NCBI RefSeq assembly: GCF_036321535.1
Contig: NC_087437.1
Coordinates: 14,448,001 to 14,512,000, forward strand
From: Camelus dromedarius
Taxonomy: Eukaryota
Reading direction: 5' to 3'
DNA: 64,000 nucleotides
A program made the position numbers and the translations under genes. The notes under the pieces are model-generated. The model worked only from the letters and a program-made list of their open reading frames with translations, was not told where the DNA came from and searched no databases. Position 1 is the first letter of the stretch; each line of letters begins with the position of its first letter. Of this stretch, positions 36,801 through 49,175 are shown piece by piece.

Positions 36801-38231
36801 AGCTTTTCTCCTGTATTTTTCTTGCTTTGCATTTTTTTCAGCACTTGCATTTACAGACTCCACGGGGCCGCAGTCCACTTACTTATATCTTAATTAGGGA
36901 TTATGTTCTTTCAAATAAATACGTATGTTGCCCCGGATTTTATAGTAAGCAGTACAAAAAATAAACTTTTCTGTAACCTCCTTGGTTCCGATGATAATTC
37001 TTTTAAAATAGACACTTCCTTAATGAATGGATAAGCAAATGAACAGAAACTGATTGAGAAAACTGGAAAATTACTGTATATACCCAGTAAATATCCAGTG
37101 CATGCAGGTTTGTTATTTTTTTCAAGGCATTTCTCAACCATGCCTTCCTCGGAGGATGAGTTAGCCTCTTTGGTAGGTGATTTTTAAGCAAACAGGGCAC
37201 AGTTTTCTCAACTACGCTCATATGGTAAACTGTAGAGCAATGTCCTCAAGGGCGGAGTCTTAGAAGCCTGTGGGCTACAGTTTATATGTATTATTTCACT
37301 ACAGAAAAAAAAAATCAGGATCTAACATTTGCCTGTGTTTTCCCAATTTTAAAATTATTCAGGGTCTTTTAAGTTAAGGTTACAAACATGGCATGGCCTG
37401 TTTGAATTTCTAGCCAAATGTTTCCCCAGGTTATAAAACTCAGCCTTCTGTGCTGTAATTAAACTATGCTTGTGGGCTATACATTACCCTCCAAGTTTAT
37501 GGCTACTACTTTAGTTTTCAGGTAATCTTTAGTTAAAATCTGTATAATAGCTGTTTTTCTTGGGGCAGTTGAGAAATGCGTGGGATAACTTTGGAGCCAG
37601 AGAGCCCACTTTTGCTGAGGTGGTGATGTTGTCCTTTTGTTTCTAGGGGTATTCATTTAAAAAAAAAATTATCTTCTGTGACGATACTGCTTGTAGCATA
37701 TGATTATGCTTCTAATTAGATGATTCTACCATTGGACAAAGTCCTGAGGTTTCATTTAAAGGTCTTCTATGCATTCAAAGTATAAATCTACATTATTAGC
37801 AGGGCTGCATCATAGTATTTCATATATTACATTCCTAATGAAGATCATTCAGGAGCACTCCTCAGCTTTCATATGTACTGGTTAAGGTTAAAAAATTCAT
37901 TTAACCCAGCTTATATAATAATAAGGATGTCTAAGTCAGTCAGACAGACTTCATTATCTGATACTGCTACGGAGAGGGATGTCCACCAGGAACTTGGGTT
38001 TTGGGCTTCGCTCATCCTTCAGCACCCACAGACCCTCAGATGAGACAGTGCACCTTTCTTAACCTTGGTTTCTTTACCTGAAAAGTGTGAAGGGTTAGAA
38101 TGTATGACCTCTCAAGTCCCTTCTAGATCAAGGACATGATACACTAATAGCTTAGCTTTTTAATTTTAACAAAGGTGTTATTTTATACCAAAGAAAAATT
38201 TGTTCAGTGGTTTTGAAATGTCTAGTTTCAA

Positions 38232-38500
38232 AGAGGGGTGGTACTAGGGACGTAATATACAACACGATAAAGAATTAACATTGCTGCATGTTATACGTGA
38301 ACGTTGTTAAAAGAGTAAATCTAAGTTCTCATCACAAGGAAACTTTTTTTTCTATTTAATTTTTATCTGTAAAAGATGATGGATGTTCACTAAACTTACT
38401 GTAATCATTTCATGATGTATCCAGGTCAAACTGTTATGCTGCACACCTTAAACTTATACAGTGCTGTATGTCAGTTATATCTCAATAAAACCAGAAGACA
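38232..38500 (+). mobile_element. L1 3' end (older family)
   Basis: agttctcatcacaag...caccttaaacttatacagtgctgtatgtcagttatatctcaataaaacc. Confidence 0.8.
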
Positions 38501-38599
38501 AAGAAAAGTAAAATAAGGAATGAAGTCCTGCCAATTTTTTTTTAATTGAAAAAAAAAGTTGGGTGGGGCAAGTGGCATTATCTATGAGAAGAGGTAGTC

Positions 38600-39201
38600 T
38601 GATAGCACAGGCCATCCATTGTTGCTCCAGCGGGTACCAAGATGGCAGGAAACCATAGTCCAAGAACACTCCCACCTTCCTCTCTAAAATCCTATAATGC
38701 CTCCCTTGTACTTTTAGACTGAAGTCAAACACCTTCACCTGGCTTCCACAGCCTTTCATAATCCAGCCCCAGTTTGCTTCTCTTGACCTCATTATCCAAA
38801 CCCAACTGTATCAATAGTGGATTTCTCGCTTTTCTTTCAGTTGCCCTGTCCTCTCTCTTCTCAGCCTGTGTTCCTGACACCCCCTCTCCCAAGAACGCTT
38901 TTCTACTATATCTTCACCTCTTCTGTTTTATCACCATTTCTTCTATAAAGTCTTTCCTGAGCTCCCTCTGGGTCTGGGTCAGGGTGCCTCGCCAGGTGCC
39001 CCTATAGCATCGACCTTCCTCTCTCATTAGCCCTCGACATGCTGCATTCTAAGTGGCTGGTAATTTTCTGTTGCCCTCTTGGGACTGTAAGCCTAAGGGG
39101 AGGGAATATGTTTATCTTGACTGCATCCTTAGCACCTAAGTCAGTTCCTGGCATCAAGATGCTCAATACATACGTGTTGAATGAATCGAAGGGATGAATG
39201 A
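38600..39201 (+). mobile_element. L2 3' fragment
   Basis: Ends in gctcaatacatacgtgttgaatgaat, the L2 tail. Confidence 0.7.
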
Positions 39202-41144
39202 GAATTAAATCTGAACTAGGTTACTGAGGAGACTTTCCAAAGTCCACTCCAGAGATATTCAGTGGGAAAACCACCATGGAAATCAAATTACTGTCTACCT
39301 TTGAAGGTCTTTTTGTCATATGTTCCAAGAAAAGTCTGATAGAAACTTGGAGTTGGAGTGAGGGGAGGTCATTGGCGTTAAGCCAGGATTTTAAGCAGTG
39401 GAAATAAGTAACAGGAACAAAGAGCCTATTGCGCTGCAACAAAACAAGTCTTATAGTTTGAGCTAACTTAATGAGGTATTTGAGTGCCAAATCTTACTTT
39501 TGTGTTTGTTTAATAGCAATAGAGCAACTATATAGCAGTTCCCAAATATTTTTAATTGCAGATTGTCATTAAATTTTGTGACAACTTCTCTCTACAAGTA
39601 AAAGTTTGTTAACCATTCCATGGTATCTTGGTTGCCTCATAAATCAGTTATCTCTTTTAGCGCTAATGGCAGCACAGAACAAGAGGCTGGGTAAGAGAAT
39701 GGCGAGTTGAATGACACGGTAGATACCAACCAGAGTAGACGAGGTGCTGTTGTGTGTCTGCAGCTGACCTGCACAAATAGAATGAGTATGTGTTTACTAA
39801 TTGATAGAGGCTCCCATTGATCAAAATGGCATCTGACTTCTTAACTTCAGGGCAAACTTCGTCAGTTGAGTGAGTCCTTCCAAGATGCCAGTAGAGTATT
39901 CTTTTTAATCAGAGAGTCAACTCTCTGCTTCTGAAGTCACACTTCTGATACAAGAGACAGAAGAAGCTAGCTCTCCATTCACAGTGCCTTTGAGAATGGC
40001 ATTGGTTGCTTAGGAATAGCAATAGCATGTTCTTGTGCAAACAGTTGGTCTGCTGGGAATTCATATTACTGTTTCAACGAGGCTCTCTCCCCAGGAGGAG
40101 GCGATATCTCTTTTTTGCTTCCCAGTGTGATAGCCACAGGCTGACTTCAGCCCACTTCATCTATTTGGGTCAGAAGGTATCTCAGGTGAACCTTCCTAAG
40201 GCAAAGGGGAAGCTAGGATAGAACACCTGCTCTCCAGTGAACACTGATTTGATTTTGGAAAGAAAGAATAAAAAGAGTACATCCACCTTTATAGCTGTTT
40301 TGGAAATTGCCACCATCTATTTGGGTAATTCCTTTGTCGCATGGCTCCTCTGTGTCTCCCTCTGGGTTACAAGAGTCATGATTTCTATTTCACAGATAAA
40401 AAAAAATTCAGTGGCTTACTTTGGAGGAACTGGAATTTAACTGTCAAGAGTCTGAAGAGTCTGGAAACTTGTAGGAATTTCCAGACCCTCATTACCTGGA
40501 GAAACACTTTAAAGTTGTTTGCTGAAATGCCCTTATCTAAGCCTTTTAAAAGAGAACCAGTTCAAATTATTTCACTAGAAAATACATTGTAACACAGCAA
40601 GCATCTCTGTTAGCTCTTAAAATTCATGCGGTGTAACAGTTAAGGGCGACTTAATTAAGAAACAACTGACAGTGTCATTAAACTGGTGAGCAAAAGGGAA
40701 CTAATTTCAAACTAGAGTCCTACCTCTAGGCTGCGGAGAGCTTTGATTTAATATTTGGGTTTGTTTCCCTTTGTACTCAAGACAGAATTTAACAGTGATG
40801 GGAATCAGTGTGTCCTCTGTTTTTAACTATAGATGGATTTTCAGAAGAAGTGAAAACTAACCAAAATAAATCAACTTTGATGCATGCAGAATCAAATAGA
40901 CAGCTTCTTTATTGTGTCAAACTCCATTCTAAATGAGTCATTGCTCCTAAACGTAAAATTACAGTCAGGAGACCCAGTCTCCATCTTGGCTCTGCCATAA
41001 ACTCTGTGATCCCAGGCAAATCTCTTGAATTTCTCTGGAGCAGGTGGATTCCAATGTCCTTCTCAGCCCTAGAATTTCCTTATATGTAAATATCTGAGCT
41101 CAGCCATCTCAAGTGGAAGCATTTGACAAAATTCAAAGGAAAGT

Positions 41145-41296
41145 AATAACCAACCTTTAGTGAGTGCCTGCCATGTATTAAGCTTGCTCTAAGTGGTTTT
41201 TTTTGCATTACCTCATCCAATCCCACAACAACCCGATGAAGTAAGTACCATGATTATTCCACTTTTACAAACAAGGAAATTGAGAAGAGTTAAGCA
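41145..41296 (-). mobile_element. MIR SINE
   Basis: attattccacttttacaaacaaggaaattgag core. Confidence 0.7.
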
Positions 41297-42339
41297 GTAT
41301 GTCCTGGGAGAGTTCAGTCTGTGGTTATATGAAGGCAAAATAGACAAGCTAGTGGAGAACTGCTTTCACCATTATCACCTCTGCTTTTTGTTCAGACTTG
41401 GGTACTCATCCAGCACTTGGTTTTTGAGTCTTCCCATCCTACCCTGCATACAGGGGAACTACATTCATTCCAGTGTTTTCAGAAGAAATTCTGCCTGTGG
41501 GGATCTATGGAAATAGCATTGTGTTGGCAAAATGACTTTTAGTGAATTCACAAAGAGAGGAACTTTCAGGATCAAAACAGAGGCAAGTGGAAGTCTGTGC
41601 AAATCTGTGGAGGCTGTTGTAAGAGTGATGTATTGTCAGCAGTGTGTGGTGTGATATGATGGATGACAAAGGGAAGCATGTGCAGGTCACATTTCACACC
41701 TGTGACATCTGTACCTGTCACGGCAGGTAGCATCTGGAGGGCATCTCCAAATGGAGCAGCCTGAAGTTCTCCGTAACAATAATGTAGTTGATTGAATTTA
41801 TCTAATTGGCATCTTTCTTCTGTGATGTCCAAAGCACAGCCTTGATGTTCAGAAAATACAGAAATTCTGTAGATGTTCTACAAGTCAAACAAGACACACA
41901 AATATATTGACTTTTACAATTCTTGAGTGGCTGAGATGCTGTGGAGAATACAAAGAAGTATATGACTATATGTCCTCAGGAAATACATTATTTAGAGGTA
42001 CAGTACATGTATAATATACATGAGGAGAAATGTCAGAATATGTGTTTGATGATTAAATAGTGCAAATAAATAGCAAATTGGACTGTACTGCAAATTATGG
42101 GTGCAAAGATTGTACCTCAGTAGCTTTTTAAATAAAAGATTAACATTTGGAGTTCCAAAAACTGTTTGAATTAACTATTTATGTGATTTAAGCAAGTCTT
42201 AATCTCTGTGAGCTGTGGTTAGTTTATTTGTAGAAAGGATGCTGATAGAATCCTAACTATTAAGGGTGGAGTAGAAATAAATGAGATAATGAGTGTGAAA
42301 GACCTTTGCAAGTTCTTAGATAAGGTTGTCACTTGAGAT

Positions 42340-42737
42340 AGTGATTAACGATGTCCACCAGAAGTATCCAGCTTGGTGCCTTTCAGACATATGATAGAAT
42401 TGTACAGCCTTGCTCCCTATGAAAGTAGGTATGGCCGTGTGACTTACTCTGGTCAATGAAATGTGAGCCCAAGTGGACAATTTGTCAGTTCCAGGTAGAA
42501 ACTTTAACACCCTGTGTATGTTCACTACTTTCTCCCTTCTTGCTCTGCCACTGTGATTGTGGAAGCATCACTGGGTCTTAAATCAACATGGTCCCTTGAG
42601 TGGCCATGATGAGCAGAACCGTCAGCCTACTAATGCTGAGCATTGAGCATGAGCAAGAAATACATTTGTGTCATATGAAAGTAATAAGATCTGGGGTTGT
42701 TACTGTAGCATCATCTTCTTGTACACTCTGACCAGAC
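42340..42737 (+). mobile_element. MaLR LTR (MLT1H-J-like)
   Basis: ggccgtgtgacttactctggtcaatgaaatgtgagc...gagcaagaaatacattt...ggggttgttactgtagcat. Confidence 0.75.
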
Positions 42738-43797
42738 CGTGTATCATTCATCCTTAGTATTACTTGAGTACCTGTGTGTTCAGAGTCTAGGTATGTCGTA
42801 CTGGCACTGTCTGTTTCCTGTTGGAGTTGTTTACATCTTTGCTAACTCCACTTTTTCACAAAAGATGCTGGTCTCAAACCAGTCATGCCTTTTTTTTTTC
42901 TTTTTTTCATCTTTCCTGTCAGGTATTTAAGGTATCTACATAACAAGAACAAAACTGGGCTTTTCTGTTTATTTTTCAAAACAGAATAGTTTAATTGACA
43001 GTAAGTTACTGGTCAGGACAAAATATCTATTTGACTATAACGCTATTTTGAAGAGTAGCTGAAAAATAACAAAAGGCAGTTCACCTTTATTGTATATATT
43101 TATTTCTTTAAAAAAGTTTAGTCTGTAGTTACTACTACAAGAGTGGGTCTTCTTTTAGGCAAAGTGTACTCTTACTTGGGTTTCAAGTTCTTACTTTACC
43201 TGACATGCTTTCCTCTCTTTGTGAGAGAAAATTGGGCCCATTTTAGACCACCCGAGTGAGCCTGTGCTTGAGAGCCATGCAAGGAATGGCGTTTTGAATA
43301 AGAGGACTTTTAAGAACCTCAATATGACAAACCTCTTGGATGGTGCCTAAGACAGTGCAGCTTGACGCTGAGCTTTTTTCTGTGTGAAAGAATTTAGTCA
43401 GCATGTGGTACTGTTGTCCCTAGCCCTGGGGGTCCCAGCCATCGATGGGAATGAGGACTCGAGTGCTCTCCACGGAATATTGCTTTCTCTAGGTGTGCGT
43501 GAGTCGGGTGAATGAGGCTTCTCTTCGGCTTTGGATGAACTTTTAGCCCATCCCTGGGCAGCGTGCATCTGTTGGAAGACTGTCGGTGCCAGCACTGGAG
43601 GTAGAGCCATGGGCATTTTGAGTGCTTAGTCTTTTTAGACTGAACAGAGTAACTCATTTTAGGGGAGCAGATTCTACATGTCATATGCCAGGTACTGGAG
43701 TATGGTACTGGTACTTTCAAATGGGCTGTCTCTTTTAATCCTTTTAACAATCCTGTGAGTCTTATCAACTCCCTTTATTTGTAGATTCAAATGCAAA

Positions 43798-43934
43798 GGG
43801 GAGGGTGTAGCTCAAATGGTAGAGTCATACTTGGAATGCACGAGGTCCTGGGTTCAATCCCCAGTAGTTCCTCTAAAAATAAATAATAAACCTAATCACC
43901 CTCCCCCCCCAAAAAAACCCCAAACACACAAAAA
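43798..43934 (+). mobile_element. tRNA-derived SINE (Vic-1-like)
   Basis: GGGGAGGGTGTAGCTCAAATGG (A box), GGTTCAATCCCC (B box), aaacctaatcaccctcccc tail shared with the other two copies. Confidence 0.9.
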
Positions 43935-45063
43935 GTTCTGCCCTCCACATTTCTCTCTATTGTGCTTCATATGTCTTAGTGATTAGTTAGATGTGAAGTA
44001 GGTTGGCCTACGGAAGCAAACTTTTCAGTCCTTTTTTTTTTAACATCACAGAAGTGACATTTGACATTTAACATCACAGAACTGACAATTTTTTCATAGA
44101 CAATTTTTTTTAAATGCTGAAGAGTTAATAGGAGAGAAATTTGCCTATAATTCAACCATGCCTGGAGAGCGGTTGTTGACACTTTGGCAGGCCACCCCCA
44201 AGTGTGTGCAGCGTTGTGTGGAAGGAAATGAGAGAGAGCATGTCCCTCTTCCAGCACTACTGGGACACTGAGTGAGAATTAGCTCAGTAAATAGGCAGTC
44301 ATAAGAGATGCTATCACAGGGCCCGTGTCCCTGGTTACTGTCTTGTCTCCTGTTGACCTTTCCCATGGCTGGCTAATGTCAGCCAGCTGCTAATCAAGGC
44401 GTGTGAAAAGCTGGCTAAAACAGCAGAGTAGAGCTCAGCCCATAGATATATTTACCAGGCTGTAAACACCACCAGCCTTTCCCTTTCAGGGAGAGTGTGA
44501 CGGTTATGCTGTATCTGTCAGAGCAGGTGATGAATCACTTGGAAAAGGACAGCAAAAATGCAGGCTTGCCATACACGAAGGAAAAACATTCATTTTCCCC
44601 CAGAGTGCATTCGTCTTCTCCCCAAATCTTCACTTGTGACATCCCGCTGTTTCAGATAGATTGTCCTCCACGTTTGTCTCTTGTTTAAGCCAGGTGGTGA
44701 AGCGCACCACATGGTTATCATACCAGTTGACAGTGATGAGTAGGAGCTCATCACAATGACTATTTTGTGGTTTCCACCTGTAAATTAGTTTTTATTCTAG
44801 TTTTCTTAATTAAGTTAGGTAAATCCCCACAGCCCATTTTCCTGGAATTTAGATATTTTAAAGCATTTGTACACCTGTGCAGTTCCCTCAGGACTCCTTG
44901 GAGGCATTTATCCATGCCCTAAATGTCTATTTTATTTTCCTCCATCTGCTCAAGGGGTTCCACCCCTCCGACTACTTAATCTTTGAGGGTTCTGGTACCT
45001 TACTTGGCATATTTATGGTATAATTCTTTCCAAGAATAGTACAACAAGTTTATGTTCAGTTTT

Positions 45064-45577
45064 TTTTTGAATTATAGTCAGTTTACAATGTTGTGTCAAT
45101 TTCTGGTGTACAGCACACTGCTTCAGTCATATAGGAACATACATATATTCATTTTCATACTCTTTTTCACCGTGAGTTACTACAAGATACTGAATATAGT
45201 TCCCTGTGCTATACAGCAGGACCTTGTGGTTTATATATTTTATGTATATTAGTATCTACAACTCCCAATTTATCCCTTACTACCCTCTTACCCCCTCAAT
45301 AACCATAAGTTTGTTTTCTGTGTCTGTGAGTCTGTTTCTATTTTGTGAATAAGGGTTTTTTTTGATTTTTAGATTCCACATATAAGTGATATCATATGAT
45401 ATTTTTATTTCTTTCTGGCTTACTCCACTTAGAATGATATTCTCCAGGTCCATCCAAATGGCATTGTTTTATTATTTTTCATGGCTGAGTAGTATTCTAT
45501 TGAATAAATATACCACTGCTTCTTTATCCAGCCATCTGTCGATGGACATTCAGGTTGTTTCCATGTCCTGGCTATTG
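45064..45577 (-). mobile_element. Young L1 3' end with ORF2 C-terminal remnant
   Basis: TIARTWKQPECPSTDGWIKK in ORF 45429-45773. Near-TSD TTATGTTCAGTTTT (45050-45063) and TTAGGTTCGGTTTT (45578-45591). Confidence 0.9.
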
Positions 45578-45604
45578 TTAGGTTCGGTTTTAAGAAACCG
45601 CAGT

Positions 45605-45845
45605 GATGATGATGAGGAACACGTACAAGCTCTAGCTCTGGGCCAGGCATTGTTCCACATGTTCTTGTTAACTTACTTCTTACAACAACCCTATGAGTGA
45701 GTACTGTTGCATTCCCATTTTTCAGATGAGGAAACTGAGTCATGGAGAGGTTCAATAAGTTACCCAGTGTCATGTGGCCAATACTGGCAGAGCTGGGACT
45801 CAGACCCAGGCCATGTGGCTCTGGGGCCTCTTTCCTTTAACTGCT
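45605..45845 (-). mobile_element. MIR SINE
   Basis: cccatttttcagatgaggaaactgag core. Confidence 0.85.
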
Positions 45846-46555
45846 GTCTGTACCCTTTCATTATGCCTCCACTTTTCTCTTTTTCTGAATTCTTTCTCAA
45901 TCTAGGTGAAGTCTCTTTCTGTTTCATTTGGCAGAAGGCATCCTCCAGGGTAGGTAGACTTGCCTGAGGGCCCGCTTCACCTCAGGTGCATCACTCAGCT
46001 TCAGGTTAAAGTCCTTGAGCTCATGAGGGTCTAATGCGCAGGGGAATCAGTGTTTGCCGGCTGGAGTCAGGAGTTCCCAGCACTCCATGATGAAGGAGGA
46101 GCTGGTTCTGGCAAGTGGAGCTGTTGGGGAAGAGGAACTGGCAGCATTCAGTGGAATCACGTGAAGAAACAACTGTGTTTGGTTGGTTAGTGGGTCCGGG
46201 TGTGAGAGTGCAGGAACACGTTACGTGGTTCCAGTTTTTAAACCATAGCCACGCCTGAAGAGTTGGGCGTGGGTCTAAAACAACACTCCATTTTTATTCT
46301 GGGTTGTTTATGCAGTTTTAGCAAGTGAGAATGCATTTTGCTGAGCGGTTTTGCATATTTTCACTTCCATTATCCAAATCCTGGGCACTTGCAGGGCAAG
46401 AGCGGGTAGAGACTGACCATCTTGCAGTAGGTATGGACCTTGGGATGAAAGAAAAGAATGGAGCAGCTTTGAGTGAGGTAGTTGTATCAGCATTCCATCT
46501 CTCCCCTCCACCCCCTCACCCGGATTTATGATGTTGTGCAAAGGACCTCTGTTAG

Positions 46556-47064
46556 CGTCTGGTCAGGGCACCCAAGATGGCTGCTCTCTTGCTCCCTGTC
46601 TCCTGCTTCAGCTACACCTACTCACGTGACTGACCTTCCCTCTTTATCAAGGATCCCAATCAGTAAATGCCTACATACTTGCCCCAGCCCCAGCTAGTGA
46701 CAGTTCTAATCTTTAGATCAGAACATCTCTGCCATGATAGCTTATCAAAGGGGCAGTGAAGGACCTGCTGCTCAGCTAGTTTCCCTGGTAACCGATGAGC
46801 CAACCTGACTGACGTCAATTCCCACTATAACTGGTAACCACCCTCTCCCCCTCCCCCGGGAATGAAGCCTGCTGCCAAGTCCTGCCCGCTGTCTGCTACA
46901 CACAGTAGGGTGTCGCTCCAGGACATTGCTTCAGACATGTAAGACCCCACCCCACCCCCTGCCTCCACCATTAAACCGTCTATGTATCTGTCACCGACTC
47001 CGGGCTTTTCTGTCTTGAGACTGACAAGTGCAGAGCTTTCAGTCCTGCGGGGTGCAGCTCAACG
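46556..47064 (+). mobile_element. Solo ERV LTR, 509 bp, 5-bp TSD (ERVL-like)
   Basis: GTTAG at 46551-46555 and 47065-47069; CAAGATGGC near the 5' end; ATTAAA 46970-46975; ends ggggtgcagctcaacg. Confidence 0.75.
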
Positions 47065-47618
47065 GTTAGAAGCCTAAAGCTTAAACAGGAGTAACTCCAT
47101 ATATATTAAACCACTTGTCATCTGTAATCTCCATTTCACATGTTCCTTGACTTTAAAAGAATACTCAGATCCTTTTTAAGGCTAGAATTGAATTTAGGGA
47201 GCACCTTGGCCTGGCTCCCTTGTTACATAAGCCAGGAAACAAAGGTCTGGAGGGCTGGAGAGATTTGCGCAAGCCCTCACAAGTAATTGTCAGAGCCACA
47301 GCTCTGATTTTTGACCTGCCAGCCCCGTGTTCTCTTCTACAACTTCATTGCCAACTTCTGCTTATTGTAGGAGGGAACACATGTTAGCTGGAGTGCTTTG
47401 AAGGTTGACATGTCATTTGCTAGAATTTTTTTAACCTAAATTATATTTTAATATAACTTGCTTAACTGTGAACAAAATCAGATTTTGAGATAGGCCTCTG
47501 AATTGACCCAACCCTCTCCCTTCATTTCTCTACATCCATTTAAACAGGCATAGGATCTGGAATCCTAGATTGAAAGAAACCTTTTTCTGGCATGATTGAC
47601 ATTACTTACTGTTGGCTT

Positions 47619-47740
47619 AAGGAGGGTGAGGGAAGAGAAAGGAGAGGGAGGGAAGGCAAGGGGGGAGAGAGAGAGAGATGGAGAGAGGGGATAAGAAGGG
47701 AAGGAGGAAGACAGAGGAAGGAAGTAAAGAAACAAGCAAA
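47619..47740. repeat. Polypurine (GA-rich) low-complexity tract
   Basis: Visible directly. Confidence 0.9.
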
Positions 47741-48554
47741 CAAAGTAATAGGTCTTCCCAACTTTGTGGCTTGGGGAGCATGGTGACTTCTCAACATCTA
47801 ATTAACATACTAGACTTGGACTGCCTCAGTAATTAACTTTTGTTCCCATTTACTTGGTGTCACTCATCTAACATTGAAACACCAGCCTCAGCAGGAAGCT
47901 GAGGTTTTTGTGAAAACTGAAGCAATGAAAGGGGAAGGTACCTAAAAGGGGCACCATGGCCTTTAACTATAGATTTTAGGTCTTTGTCACGGGAAGAAAA
48001 GTTTCAGGAAGGAACTTGGGAAAAGGGCGTCCAGAGGGTACTCCATTCTGCCACCAGGAAGCAAACAAGGCCTGGTTCGCATACTGAGGTCCTGGAAGTC
48101 CCCAAGCCCCAGGACTCATTCAGTGAGGTTGAACACTGCTCCCCCAGACACAGATTAAAAATATTTTAGCTAGCCCTGGACCCTGGGGTCAGGAGCCCTA
48201 GTGAGAGTAAGGCTGGGCTGGCCGCCTTGGGCTGCCATCTTTGAATGTTTTCCACGTGTAGAAAAACAAATGGAGCTTCTTCCAGGGGGGACGTCATCAG
48301 CTGACCACGCTTTGCTGTCACTAATCGCCTGGCCATGCCTCCAGACTTCTGTTGCCCTTACAGACCTGTCAGCCTGCGCTTGCCAGCCCCTCAGCCCAGC
48401 CCTCCTGCCCTGCTTCTGTATCTGGGTCGGTCCAGCACTAGCCTTATGCCAAGCCCTAGTCCTTGTGTGATTTCATATACCTTTTTGGGCGACTGAGGAG
48501 TTAATGAACAGCAGGCATGGAAAGCATGGCATGTGACATTAAGGCTACCCTGTC

Positions 48555-49175
48555 ACCTGGGTCTCTATAATGGTTGCCTACCTGGCCTTCCTGCTTTCAC
48601 CCTGCCCCCCCCCGAAAGCTATTTTCTGTATAAAACCCAATATGATCTTCTAAAAATGAAAATTATATCTCATCACTTCCTTGCTTAAAGTCCTCCAGTG
48701 ACTTCTCAATTTTGCCACACAAAACCCAACTGTGTGGCCTCACCCCTGCCTTTGTAGCCTGATCTGGACCCTGCCTCCATCCCAGATGTCATATTTTACA
48801 GTCTTGTCCCCTTTGCTCAGCCACACCGACCTTCTGCCTCCTTTAATACTCCAAGTACCTGCTGACATCGGCCCTTGTGTACGAGCTGTTTCTGCTTCCT
48901 GAGGTGCTCACTCACTGACCTTCACGTGACTGAGCTCTTCACAGCATTAGAGCCCAGCTTAACGTCCTCAAAGAGGCATTCTTTAATTGCCCAGAGTCTA
49001 AAAGGCCCTCTTTTTGTCTCTTGTTTACTCACCTTTTCATTCTCTCTCTTCTCCCATTAGAAAATCACTCCATGAAGACAGGGACCTTTCGTGGCCTGTT
49101 CTTCTTGTTTCCCCAGAGCCTAGAATAGGGTCCAGAACATAGTAGGTGGGAAGTTAATATTTACTGAATGAATGA
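48555..49175 (+). mobile_element. L2 3' fragment
   Basis: gcttaaagtcctccagtgacttctca...ctccatgaagacagggacc...aatatttactgaatgaatga. Confidence 0.8.

Noticed and set aside
38018..38035. REST/RE1 site
   Set aside because: Only the left half-site TTCAGCACC is present.
41857..41882. Overlapping short palindromes (TACAGAA-A-TTCTGTA; TGTAGA-TGT-TCTACA)
   Set aside because: Arms of 6-7 bp in AT-rich sequence are compatible with chance and too short for a miRNA hairpin.
43798..43870. Possible tRNA gene
   Set aside because: Followed by the SINE-specific tail seen in two other copies; it is a SINE head.
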